DNA of 64,000 bases from an uncultured virus (IMG/VR IMGVR_UViG_3300028897_000592) (lineage: Duplodnaviria > Heunggongvirae > Uroviricota > Caudoviricetes). Made by a program: the position numbers and the translations under genes. The notes under the pieces were generated by a model. It searched no databases, was not told the DNA's origin, and worked only from the letters and a program-made list of their open reading frames with translations. The stretch is from the IMG/VR virus record IMGVR_UViG_3300028897_000592. One strand, 5' to 3'. This document shows, piece after piece, positions 48,503-57,241 of this stretch. The stretch's first letter is position 1; each line of letters begins with the position of its first letter.

Positions 48503-49642
48503 TTAAACTCCTGAGTTATAATATAAAGTCTCTAAATCATCACTCCCTATGTATACATTCCCCCTCTCAAGAACTTCTTTCATTACGTTAATTGAAACTA
48601 ACTCCTTTTGAACCATAGTTCTGTATATTTGTTTTTTCCTCTCGGCCATTTCAGTAGACGTCGGATTATCAAGTTCTCTAGAAATCAACTCAAAAGAAAT
48701 CAACTTCAAATTCTTCGAAATCAGTCTATTCATATTTTCTTCTTGGAGAACACTTTCTATATATTTGTTCGGATTTTTAACATAACTAGTATTGAAAATA
48801 GGTCTTGATTTCCTAACATTTTCATACAATTTACCCATCCCACCAACGATCTGAACCAAGTCACTGAAGATTCTAACAAACGTTTTAGAACCAATTCCCT
48901 TTACTCCATAGATGTCATCTCCAGTATCTCCAATGATACTTAAAGCCAAAGGATGATAAATATCAGGAAGGTCGTCATCTACTTTAAGAAGAAATTTCAT
49001 AACTTCTCCTTTTTTAATTAGTCGTTTTGACCTAACTACTTTAGAAAATACATATGAATCCTCTCTAACACACTGAAATAAATCATGATCATTAGAGTAA
49101 ATTATATGGGCAGTAGATGGAGAGAGATCAACTAATCCATTCCGAATTAAATAATATGGAATAAAGTCAGCTTCTAAATTAAACAACCTAATTATCTTAA
49201 CAGACGGTATCTTATTAAATATATAATCAATTGACGAATAGTTTTGATTCATAATGTTAAAGAACAGCTGTTTACTCTCTTCATCTAGGCCATACAGAAT
49301 ATCAATTTTCCTTCTTCTCTTGTAATTCTTATCAACATTTAAATGGTAATAAGACGGTCCACTTTCAAAAAACACAAAAAAGTTAATATTAATATTTCTC
49401 TTAACAGAATAAATTTTATGAAATGCTAAAAAAGATAAAAGAGAAACAAGCATCGACGTATCAACAGTTTTAGACTTCCTAGTATTCTCAACTAAATTCA
49501 CTACAGCATATTCAAGATAAAGTGCCTGAAAAACGTTCTTTAAATCTATGTAAATATTCAGACTTTTATAATCAGAAAAAGACAAGACTTCATCTAGAAT
49601 TGAATACGATGGGTAATACGATATAAGCGATGCAGGATGCAT
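48503..49642 (-). CDS. 5'-3' exonuclease/FEN (T4 RNase H-like)
   Basis: YK..R, EADF, SNDHDLFQ, GDTGDDIYGVKGIG (H3TH). Confidence 0.85.
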   Translation of the reverse strand: MHPASLISYYPSYSILDEVLSFSDYKSLNIYIDLKNVFQALYLEYAVVNLVENTRKSKTVDTSMLVSLLSFLAFHKIYSVKRNININFFVFFESGPSYYHLNVDKNYKRRRKIDILYGLDEESKQLFFNIMNQNYSSIDYIFNKIPSVKIIRLFNLEADFIPYYLIRNGLVDLSPSTAHIIYSNDHDLFQCVREDSYVFSKVVRSKRLIKKGEVMKFLLKVDDDLPDIYHPLALSIIGDTGDDIYGVKGIGSKTFVRIFSDLVQIVGGMGKLYENVRKSRPIFNTSYVKNPNKYIESVLQEENMNRLISKNLKLISFELISRELDNPTSTEMAERKKQIYRTMVQKELVSINVMKEVLERGNVYIGSDDLETLYYNSGV

Positions 49643-49787
49643 AAACTAACCTCTCTAATACTTTCTAAACTTCTTTCAAAAGGAGTTACTTCTTCCAAAA
49701 TATATGAGTTACCACCACACCAATCACATTTAGAATTTTCTCTACCTTCCCATTCATGATGACATTTCTTACAATGTAAAAGTGGCA

Positions 49788-50135
49788 CTATATATCCTCC
49801 ACACTTAAGAACCAACTTTTCCACGAACGACTCCAAGTACCGTCAAAACAATCAATACTAAAAGTCACCTCTCCTTCTTCTTCAAAAGTTACTTGAGTAG
49901 GAAAGATTCCTAAAAAAGGACCGACGTTTGCTTTATAATCTGAGGGTTTCTGACAACTGTCATAACAAAAATGAATCCAATCAACAATTTCCTGTACAAA
50001 TTTCAACTGAAGTTCATTAACCAAACCAATTTTCAGAAAAGCAGACACAGGTTCAAAACTAAACTTATTTAATTCTAAACTCATCTCAAAATTTGTTAAT
50101 ATTAAACTTTTTAAAGTTGACGACGGACTAAACAT
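49788..50135 (-). CDS. hypothetical protein
   Basis: ORF. Confidence 0.5.
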   Translation of the reverse strand: MFSPSSTLKSLILTNFEMSLELNKFSFEPVSAFLKIGLVNELQLKFVQEIVDWIHFCYDSCQKPSDYKANVGPFLGIFPTQVTFEEEGEVTFSIDCFDGTWSRSWKSWFLSVEDI

Positions 50136-50882
50136 TTATTCCTCTTCTTGAACAAGAGAAGACCTAGTATAAATAGCAATGTTAACATCCCCTACGTCTG
50201 TTGTAAACTTATTGATAAAAATTCCCTCTTGAGAAGTTCCATACATCTTAAATAAAATATCTGAATCATGATCAATAATAAACGGGGTTATTGTTAAATT
50301 TGATTTTCCACCTTCAATAACAACATTAGAAGGAATATTATCAACAAATCTTGCATATTGATCTTTAGACTGATTTTGAGTAGACAATGAAACTTTCTCT
50401 CCTTCAAAATTCACCTGAACTGTTATAACATTAAAAACCTTCGAAACAATTCCAACTCTATCCGTAATCACAGTCGGAAACTCATATTCTACTATTAAGT
50501 TCTCTTCCTCTAATAAAAATACACTTTCCAACTCAGTCTCACTCATAAACTTATTATCCAAAAAATCCAAAAGCGGACACTCAAGTCTCAAAGACGAATA
50601 CTGATCATTTATTGTAATAGCTCTACTATCAATACCAATCTGTATCTCATTTCCCGAAAACATCTTTAACAACTCTAGTTTCTCAGACAGATTTGACAAA
50701 GGTAAACTTATATCTTGGATTAACGGCGCTAAATCAATTTCAAATATACTACCATTATCATTTGAACGTTGTCGGACAATACCTTCTCTGATATCAACAT
50801 CATTACAGTTCTCCCTAAGAATAGACAAACATCTCAAAAATTCACCATATTGTTCCGAATCTAAATTAATTTCTCTTTCCAT
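50136..50882 (-). CDS. DNA sliding clamp (PCNA/gp45-like)
   Basis: 248-aa acidic beta/alpha protein in the clamp-loader/primase neighbourhood. Confidence 0.6.
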   Translation of the reverse strand: MEREINLDSEQYGEFLRCLSILRENCNDVDIREGIVRQRSNDNGSIFEIDLAPLIQDISLPLSNLSEKLELLKMFSGNEIQIGIDSRAITINDQYSSLRLECPLLDFLDNKFMSETELESVFLLEEENLIVEYEFPTVITDRVGIVSKVFNVITVQVNFEGEKVSLSTQNQSKDQYARFVDNIPSNVVIEGGKSNLTITPFIIDHDSDILFKMYGTSQEGIFINKFTTDVGDVNIAIYTRSSLVQEEE

Positions 50883-51078
50883 TCATCCTCTCCTTCTTTT
50901 TTCCCCAGTTCTTGGTTTCTTCTACTTTTTTACTCCACAGTTTCTTCGCAGCTTTATAAACTTGTTTAAGATCCATAGTTTCTGTTCTAGTAGAATAATA
51001 CTTCCTGACAGTCATTAATAAGTCTGCGTCTCCAGAATAAACTAATTTAGAAATCCACCTTACTCTAGTTCCACTCAT
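50866..51078 (-). CDS. hypothetical protein
   Basis: Coupled ORF. Confidence 0.5.
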   Translation of the reverse strand: MSGTRVRWISKLVYSGDADLLMTVRKYYSTRTETMDLKQVYKAAKKLWSKKVEETKNWGKKKERMNGKRN

Positions 51079-51470
51079 TCTTGATCCTCTTTCTCTTCAA
51101 TTTTCTTAAATATCGTAACATATACAAACTTCTCTTCTTTCACCTCTTTCGAATCAACATGATCTAAAGTTACAAAACAATCTTCAGCCTTTTTTACAAC
51201 ATCCATAACCCGTTCCGCAACATATTTACCTCCAGACTCTTCTTCTGTATTAATCGGAATCGCAAAAATCATCATAATTGTAGGATACCCGTCGTATTCA
51301 CATTGAAACATACATGAATTACAACTCATAATTTTATACAAACGATCATTTGCTGCCGCTTTACAAAATAGACCATAATAATCTAAATTAGAAAACGACC
51401 CACTATATTTAATACCCTCTTCAACTGTTAAATCAAAAACTTCTTTCAGTCTTTCCTTAACTTCTACCAT
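51075..51470 (-). CDS. hypothetical protein
   Basis: ORF with RBS. Confidence 0.6.
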   Translation of the reverse strand: MVEVKERLKEVFDLTVEEGIKYSGSFSNLDYYGLFCKAAANDRLYKIMSCNSCMFQCEYDGYPTIMMIFAIPINTEEESGGKYVAERVMDVVKKAEDCFVTLDHVDSKEVKEEKFVYVTIFKKIEEKEDQE

Positions 51471-51481
51471 CTATTTAATCC

Positions 51482-52459
51482 TCATTCTATAACAAACCTC
51501 AACGGGTTAACCGGCGTATTATTAAAATCCTTCCCAGTTTTATTAAAATAAACATCTAGTTTACTAATTAAATGTCTCACTACCTCCTTTAGTTTTCTAT
51601 AATAGTTAAGACTAACCTTATTATCTGAAAGTATAATCACTTCAGGTTGAAAAATCTGTTCATAAAAAACCACACTCTTTATTAAAGAACTGAATTTAGA
51701 TGACAAAACTGACGCATATAACCTCACGTCATTTTTCATATTCAAGTTATCAAATATATGTTCTGAAAATATATCAAAAATTCCTTCTGATAAAACAATC
51801 TTATTACTCTGTTGATTTCTACCTGATAACTGATAATAATCGATAAATGGATTCTCATGAATCCTTAACTTGAAAAATGGAAAACTACTCCTTTCGTCAA
51901 CGTTTCGTAACATAACCAAAGAAGAATGCTCAGTTAAAAAACCAACAAAGTTAGAATGTAAATAATCTTTAACTCGAAATAAAGAAGGTTCAACTGCTAT
52001 ATCATTAACCTCAATAAATTTATCGATATCAAATATCAATCCTTTAACAGTTAACAAATTTATATTCGAAAATTTAAGTCTCTTCTTTAAATAAAAAGCC
52101 TTATAAGGAAATTTCCTTTCTTCAAGTTCTGGAATAATTACTCTACGTTCTTTCTCTTCATACTTCGAAAAGTCTTGTTTTACTTCTTTGATCTTATCTT
52201 TATCAATAAAAGTATCAGAAATATCATACCCTTGGATCTTCTTCAAAAACTTACTTAAAATGCCTCCCACTTCACAACCCGCATAAAAACAATGAAAAAT
52301 CGGCGCCTCCAGAGAAATATAAAGATGATAATGAGGCTTTTGTTTTCCATACTCACACCAGGGGCAGGGTACAATTATGTTTTTTGAAGAAATCTTTATC
52401 TTGTCACCAAGATTTTCACGAAGAAAATCTATAAAATTATCTTGATAAATACCTATCAT
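51482..52459 (-). CDS. DNA primase (T4 gp61-like: Zn finger plus TOPRIM)
   Basis: CPWC...H...FHCF..GC; VLSEGIFD; ILSDN. Confidence 0.75.
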   Translation of the reverse strand: MIGIYQDNFIDFLRENLGDKIKISSKNIIVPCPWCEYGKQKPHYHLYISLEAPIFHCFYAGCEVGGILSKFLKKIQGYDISDTFIDKDKIKEVKQDFSKYEEKERRVIIPELEERKFPYKAFYLKKRLKFSNINLLTVKGLIFDIDKFIEVNDIAVEPSLFRVKDYLHSNFVGFLTEHSSLVMLRNVDERSSFPFFKLRIHENPFIDYYQLSGRNQQSNKIVLSEGIFDIFSEHIFDNLNMKNDVRLYASVLSSKFSSLIKSVVFYEQIFQPEVIILSDNKVSLNYYRKLKEVVRHLISKLDVYFNKTGKDFNNTPVNPLRFVIE

Positions 52460-52803
52460 AAACCAATCCTCTGAACAAAAAGTGGAAGACCCAAATTAAA
52501 TTTATGTCCACAATCAGCACATTTTACATTAACAGCTGCTCCACCATGCGGACCTTCATAAAACTTTTTACTTCCACAATCGGGACAACACTTCTCTTTT
52601 GTCATTCTCTCCAATAAAACATCTTCATCTGACTCAAGTTGGTCACATAATTTCGAACAATTAATACGTACTATACAATTTTTACATGGATATTTATGTT
52701 TCCCTACTTTACTTAAACTCTTACTTATTTTTGTTAAACTTCCATCTAAAGCTAAAGTTTTATTAGTTTTATTCCCGAAAAGTCTTCTAAAAATCTTCAG
52801 CAT
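52456..52803 (-). CDS. PCxxC-family protein with an additional zinc ribbon
   Basis: YPCKNCIVRINCSKLC; CPDC...GPHGG...CADC. Confidence 0.65.
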   Translation of the reverse strand: MLKIFRRLFGNKTNKTLALDGSLTKISKSLSKVGKHKYPCKNCIVRINCSKLCDQLESDEDVLLERMTKEKCCPDCGSKKFYEGPHGGAAVNVKCADCGHKFNLGLPLFVQRIGL

Positions 52804-52833
52804 TTTTCCCTCATAATCTACTAATATCTCTTT

Positions 52834-53166
52834 TCATTTTTTTATTCCTCTCAAATAAGTTACCCAATCCACAATTCCTTTATAGTTACATATCTCGCAA
52901 CCATTCCCATTACAATTTCTACAAACAAATAGAAGATCTTTATGACACTTCTGTTTATAACCAGTTCCATTACAAAGTTCACAAAATCTTCCATCCCAAG
53001 AATAACCACCTTCTCCATAAAGTTTACTAACTCCTTGAAGTCCAGTACCTTCACACATCTCACATTTCTCTAGTTCTACTTCACATCTTTTAGAAAGTTC
53101 TTGGAGAAACTCATATATCCTGTTTGCCCTCAGTTCTTCGTCTCTTCCCAAACGTTTACCAATCAT
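52834..53166 (-). CDS. DnaJ-type zinc-finger protein (DWV motif)
   Basis: CEMCEGTG, CELCNGTG, CRNCNGNG, CEICNYKGIVDWV. Confidence 0.7.
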   Translation of the reverse strand: MIGKRLGRDEELRANRIYEFLQELSKRCEVELEKCEMCEGTGLQGVSKLYGEGGYSWDGRFCELCNGTGYKQKCHKDLLFVCRNCNGNGCEICNYKGIVDWVTYLRGIKK

Positions 53167-54149
53167 TTCTTTAACATACTCCTCTTATAATCTTGTAGCA
53201 CTTTAATAATCTCATATATCATCGCCATTACATGCATTTGTGGAACTAAACAACTACTATGACTATTAGCGAACTTATTTACAATTACTTTTACTGGAAC
53301 AGGAAGTTTTTCTTTAAAAAATAAATCCATATACAAATTCCTGAACTCTAATCCATTCTCGTCTAACAAACTAACTATTGAACTAATTGATTTACCAACT
53401 TTATAATTTTCACCTTTCTCAATAGAACTAATGATTTCAATAACAAACGACAATATCTTTCTTTCAGTAGTAATTATAAATTCACGATTGACTTTTAACT
53501 TTCCAGATATAGAATTCCTCTGTAATGTATTTACTATTAAACGAACATCTGGGTAAAGATTATCAATAACAAACTTCAAGTCACTATTATCAAACTCAAT
53601 ATTTTCAGAAGTTAAAATTTTAGAACAGTATTTATTTACAAACTCTACAGGAAGCTGTTTAAACGGATAAAGTTGAAATCTAGATTGAATAGGTTCAGGA
53701 ATTTTAGATATATAGTTACAAGTAAAAATAAACCTCCCAGTTTTCTCAGAATACTTTCCTATAACTCCTCTTAAAGAAGAGAAACTATTACCTGTAAGAT
53801 AATCAGCCTCGTCAATAAAAACTACTCGATACTTATCCTGACCAGCTGGTGGCACTTTCAAAAATGGCTCAATCACATCATTAACAAAAGTTATACCTCT
53901 AGTCTCTTGAGCAGAACCGTTAATCTCTAATACATTGTCCTCTTTATTAAAAATTGACCCATTCTTGGAACATAAAATTCTTGATAAAACTGTTTTCCCT
54001 CCACCAGGAGGACCATAAAACAGAAAGTTCAAAATTTCTTTTTTCTCAATCATTCTCTTAAAATCATTATAATAGTCTCCAGGTAAAACTAACTCTTCTA
54101 ACTTTCTAGGTCTATATTTCTCCACCCACAATACACTCAAAAATTCCAT
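53163..54149 (-). CDS. clamp loader small subunit (RFC/T4 gp44-like)
   Basis: LWVEKYRP, GPPGGGKT, EINGS, IDEAD, FIFTCNY, IQSR. Confidence 0.93.
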   Translation of the reverse strand: MEFLSVLWVEKYRPRKLEELVLPGDYYNDFKRMIEKKEILNFLFYGPPGGGKTVLSRILCSKNGSIFNKEDNVLEINGSAQETRGITFVNDVIEPFLKVPPAGQDKYRVVFIDEADYLTGNSFSSLRGVIGKYSEKTGRFIFTCNYISKIPEPIQSRFQLYPFKQLPVEFVNKYCSKILTSENIEFDNSDLKFVIDNLYPDVRLIVNTLQRNSISGKLKVNREFIITTERKILSFVIEIISSIEKGENYKVGKSISSIVSLLDENGLEFRNLYMDLFFKEKLPVPVKVIVNKFANSHSSCLVPQMHVMAMIYEIIKVLQDYKRSMLKK

Positions 54150-54161
54150 TGTTCTCCTTCT

Positions 54162-54434
54162 TTATTCTCTATACTTAAATTCTCTCGACTTCACATCAAT
54201 CCATTTTTCATAACAATCTCCATGTTTACTATAAGTAACTATAATACAATATTCTTGAGCTCCGGCTTCATTTAACGCGTATTGTATTCGATCTACTTCA
54301 ATTTCTGGATAAAAACATTGACACCGAATAGATCCTTCATGATGACAAGAACTCATAGTATTAATACCAGCGTCTCTCAGTACTTTAACCCACTTTCTTA
54401 CCCCAGATTCTAGCTCTTCATAAAAATCTTTCAT
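54162..54434 (-). CDS. hypothetical protein with a GINTMSSC motif
   Basis: Probable start MKDFYEE. Confidence 0.55.
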   Translation of the reverse strand: MKDFYEELESGVRKWVKVLRDAGINTMSSCHHEGSIRCQCFYPEIEVDRIQYALNEAGAQEYCIIVTYSKHGDCYEKWIDVKSREFKYRE

Positions 54435-54457
54435 TCTCACTTCCCCTTTTTTATTTT

Positions 54458-54844
54458 TTAAACACGATAACATTCTGCAGAAAACAAAAAATGTAACTCC
54501 TGTTGAGTTTTCACAAAATCTTGTATAATACCTTGTGTTCTCGACTCTTCAAACTTTTCATACGCATCTTTTCCACTTATTAATCGGTCTTTATCATACC
54601 AAAATGACTCTGCTACTTTAATAACAACTGTCAATTTATTTAAGGACAGAACGACTCTAGCTACTAATTCTGGACGAACTGACACATGAAAAGAAACAGT
54701 TATAGTCTCTTCTTTTAAATTATAATGAATTATTATCTTTTCGCCAAGAATAACAAAGCCGTCTTGATTCTCCATTTGATAATGGTCAAAGACCTCAATA
54801 TTCATTTGTTTTAATTTTTCAACTATTTGACTTACTAAATCCAA
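54458..54844 (-). CDS. hypothetical protein
   Basis: AAGGAGG RBS then TTG at 54844; the track start at 54946 lies inside the tRNA-like element. Confidence 0.65.
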   Translation of the reverse strand: MDLVSQIVEKLKQMNIEVFDHYQMENQDGFVILGEKIIIHYNLKEETITVSFHVSVRPELVARVVLSLNKLTVVIKVAESFWYDKDRLISGKDAYEKFEESRTQGIIQDFVKTQQELHFLFSAECYRV

Positions 54845-54921
54845 AATTACCTCCTTTTCTATGTTAGAACCTTTTTGGTTATTTGTTCTAACAGGAGGTT
54901 TTCTCATCCAAACCAAAAAAA

Positions 54922-54983
54922 TAGGGGAGGTAGGAATTGAACCCACAATCAGCGACGTCTGACTGATTAACCTCTACTCCCCA
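54922..54983 (-). ncRNA. D-arm-less tRNA-like element (pseudo-tRNA or tRNA mimic)
   Basis: GGGGAG/CUCCCC acceptor-like stem, U8-A9, AAUCAG/CUGAUU stem, canonical T arm GUGGG-UUCAAUU-CCUAC; followed by a U7 run. Confidence 0.65.
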
Positions 54984-54989
54984 ATTTTA

Positions 54990-55205
54990 TTACCATTCAA
55001 TATTCGCCCAGTAATGAACATACTCTTCGTAAGTAGGTTCAACACACTCTTCAACATTAATAAAGAAGGGTTCTTCTTCGTATCCTCTTACTCTAATCAT
55101 ACCATCTTCAAAACTAGTATCATTATGTAAATCAGGTTGAAAGGAAACAATTCCAAATCGCGGATGTTTCAAAACGTCTGCAATAGCTATTTCGTCAGCT
55201 TTCAT
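54990..55205 (-). CDS. hypothetical protein
   Basis: Coupled ORF. Confidence 0.55.
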   Translation of the reverse strand: MKADEIAIADVLKHPRFGIVSFQPDLHNDTSFEDGMIRVRGYEEEPFFINVEECVEPTYEEYVHYWANIEW

Positions 55206-55444
55206 CTTTTCTTAACTTTCTTTTTATGTTTTTGTTGACCTGCCCTCTTCTTCGCAGAAGAAACCTTCTCCTCTACTTTCAAATGAGTAGCCATCGGACA
55301 GTCTCCAGAACGCCACTTAGTTTCAGGGTAGAGGTAGACAATACAATAATCTCCCTCTACCCCTTTAACAATCATCTTATTTATATTCTTACACCCAATA
55401 CACTTTTCAACTACTGGCTGACGATCATCAAGTTGTAGCTCCAT
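55202..55444 (-). CDS. PxxKW family cysteine-rich protein
   Basis: PVVEKCIGC...YC..Y..PETKWRSGDCPMATH; start corrected to MELQLD. Confidence 0.75.
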   Translation of the reverse strand: MELQLDDRQPVVEKCIGCKNINKMIVKGVEGDYCIVYLYPETKWRSGDCPMATHLKVEEKVSSAKKRAGQQKHKKKVKKR

Positions 55445-55712
55445 CCGACTTTCTCCTATATCGAACTCCATGATTTTGCATTGCCCGACATAAGATTGTC
55501 GCCATCTTACGAAGGTCTTCCAAACATTCTTCTGGTACATCCGAGTCAACAGTATTATCAGTTCTCCGATAATGTTCGTCAAATTGATTAAGATATGAAC
55601 GTAAAAGAGAAATCTCACCTGTTGTTGGTAGATTCTCCGACTTTGGCCACGTAATTTTTTGATACCGTCTTTCCCCATCAATAGCAGTAAAAACTTCTAT
55701 TAACTCTTCCAT
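55428..55712 (-). CDS. hypothetical protein
   Basis: GGAGG RBS. Confidence 0.6.
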   Translation of the reverse strand: MEELIEVFTAIDGERRYQKITWPKSENLPTTGEISLLRSYLNQFDEHYRRTDNTVDSDVPEECLEDLRKMATILCRAMQNHGVRYRRKSDGATT

Positions 55713-55721
55713 TGGTTCCTC

Positions 55722-55865
55722 CTAAATTTCATTATTTTCTTCTAATTCTTTAAATTCTGTTCCACATACCTCACAGAAAGTACCTTCTTCCGTAACTTTA
55801 TGTGGAGTCCAATCATCACATTTTGAACATTCCTCATAAATAATTTCTTCTGTAAGTTTATTCAT
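55722..55865 (-). CDS. small zinc-ribbon protein, 47 aa (not in ORF track)
   Basis: CSKCDDWTPH...CEVCG. Confidence 0.55.
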   Translation of the reverse strand: MNKLTEEIIYEECSKCDDWTPHKVTEEGTFCEVCGTEFKELEENNEI

Positions 55866-56058
55866 AAGTTCCTTCACACTTTCTCCTTTCATACATAAGA
55901 CATATTAAACAAGTAAGTGGTGTAGTTGCATCTATTTTTTCCCAAAATAATCCACTTCTTTTTCCACATACACATAAATAGAACAATCCAAGTTTATCTT
56001 TTCTTCTTTTATCTAATAAATGTATTGTATTATCATATGGATCTAGTATTTTCTCCAT
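55858..56058 (-). CDS. small Cys-containing protein
   Basis: H...CVCG...TCLIC; probable start MEKILD. Confidence 0.5.
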   Translation of the reverse strand: MEKILDPYDNTIHLLDKRRKDKLGLFYLCVCGKRSGLFWEKIDATTPLTCLICLMYERRKCEGTYE

Positions 56059-56070
56059 ATAATCCTCCAA

Positions 56071-56379
56071 TTAACAATTAATACATATTTCTTCAGTAGC
56101 TTCTACACTCCTAAAATCTATCACTTCAAAGCGATATAATGATCCAGTTTCTGTTCTACATAAATATATCAACTTCTCGATGTCATCTCCTTCCCGATCA
56201 ATTTTGACTACATTACTAGTAACTATACTACGAATTGAAAGTGGTGATAAACCATCAGCTATCATTTGAATTGGTTTCCCTTCTTCGGGAAGATATAGAG
56301 CTGTCCCCCTAACTTCTGAGGTCCGTAATCTTTGTCCTCCTTCTATCCTTTTTAAATCAACTAGATATACAGTTTCCAT
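56071..56379 (-). CDS. hypothetical protein
   Basis: AAGGAG RBS before METVYL. Confidence 0.55.
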   Translation of the reverse strand: METVYLVDLKRIEGGQRLRTSEVRGTALYLPEEGKPIQMIADGLSPLSIRSIVTSNVVKIDREGDDIEKLIYLCRTETGSLYRFEVIDFRSVEATEEICINC

Positions 56380-56380
56380 A

Positions 56381-56788
56381 CTACTCCTTACCATAAAATT
56401 CGATCTTAACAGAATTAAGAAAATCTTTAACCGCTTGTAAAACCTCAATTTCTTCAACATAAAGATCATAATTTTTATTCATAACCTCTTTATAACTTTC
56501 TGGATAATTACATAATTTCTCAGGATTCCAAATCCAAAAAAGAAATACCATCTTATTATAATTGTATTGAACTTCAGAAAAATAATGTTCAAGATCTTTC
56601 TGAAATTTTTCATCATTAAATAAATAATCATTATTAAGTACTTTAATATTCAAAAAGGGTCCTACTTTATGAGAATATTCTGTTCTCCTCTTAAACACCC
56701 ATATAACTCGTATCATTAAAAAAGTAAATACAGGAATACAAGATAAACAAAAGTAAAATCCAAATAAACTAAATAAACTAAACATCAT
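56381..56788 (-). CDS. hypothetical membrane protein
   Basis: N-terminal TM segment. Confidence 0.55.
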   Translation of the reverse strand: MMFSLFSLFGFYFCLSCIPVFTFLMIRVIWVFKRRTEYSHKVGPFLNIKVLNNDYLFNDEKFQKDLEHYFSEVQYNYNKMVFLFWIWNPEKLCNYPESYKEVMNKNYDLYVEEIEVLQAVKDFLNSVKIEFYGKE

Positions 56789-56958
56789 TCCTCCTTATAT
56801 CTAAGTATAACTTCCTCCCGCACATCTTGTGGTAGTTTTGCCAATTCTACAAGAGTTGCTCGTAATACTTCTTTAATTTGAGCAATATTTACTTGTACCT
56901 TCTTACCTTCTTTCTCAGCGATCTTCTGGGCGAACTCATTTAGATTTATTCTTTCCAT
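56785..56958 (-). CDS. small HU-like helical protein, 57 aa (not in ORF track)
   Basis: AAGGAG RBS; MERINLNEFAQKIAEKEGKKVQVNIAQIKEVLRATLVELAK resembles HU helices 1-2. Confidence 0.5.
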   Translation of the reverse strand: MERINLNEFAQKIAEKEGKKVQVNIAQIKEVLRATLVELAKLPQDVREEVILRYKEE

Positions 56959-57226
56959 TTTCTACTCCTTTCAAAAAATTGTTGATCTTTGTTTTTACAG
57001 AAATAGCAGCCTGTTTTACCATGTGAGCTTCTCGTGGATTCTCTCGTATTTTAAGATTTATAAACCTATCTCCTTCTTTTAAAGCTGCTTCTAATTGAAT
57101 ATGACCTATAGACCCTTTCATTTGTTCTACATCTATTACTTTAGACATTATATCAAATATTTCTTTCTCGATTTCAGCTCGTTTTAGTGTCGCTTTTTCT
57201 TTCCTTTCTTTCCTACTTACTTTCAT
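56936..57226 (-). CDS. hypothetical basic protein
   Basis: ORF. Confidence 0.55.
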   Translation of the reverse strand: MKVSRKERKEKATLKRAEIEKEIFDIMSKVIDVEQMKGSIGHIQLEAALKEGDRFINLKIRENPREAHMVKQAAISVKTKINNFLKGVENGKNKSK

Positions 57227-57241
57227 AATCTTATTCCCTCA

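Noticed and set aside
54458..54946. Track start codon at 54946
   Set aside because: It lies within the T arm of the tRNA-like element; the AAGGAGG-TTG start at 54844 is more plausible.
54922..54983. Canonical functional tRNA or full tmRNA
   Set aside because: There is no D stem, no 7-nt anticodon loop, no tag reading frame and no G3-U70 pair.
407..55438. Numerous plus-strand ORFs antisense to minus-strand genes (for example 407..877, 1892..2260, 40621..40998)
   Set aside because: These are shadow ORFs of recognisable genes, with Ser/Phe/Ile-rich composition and no motifs.
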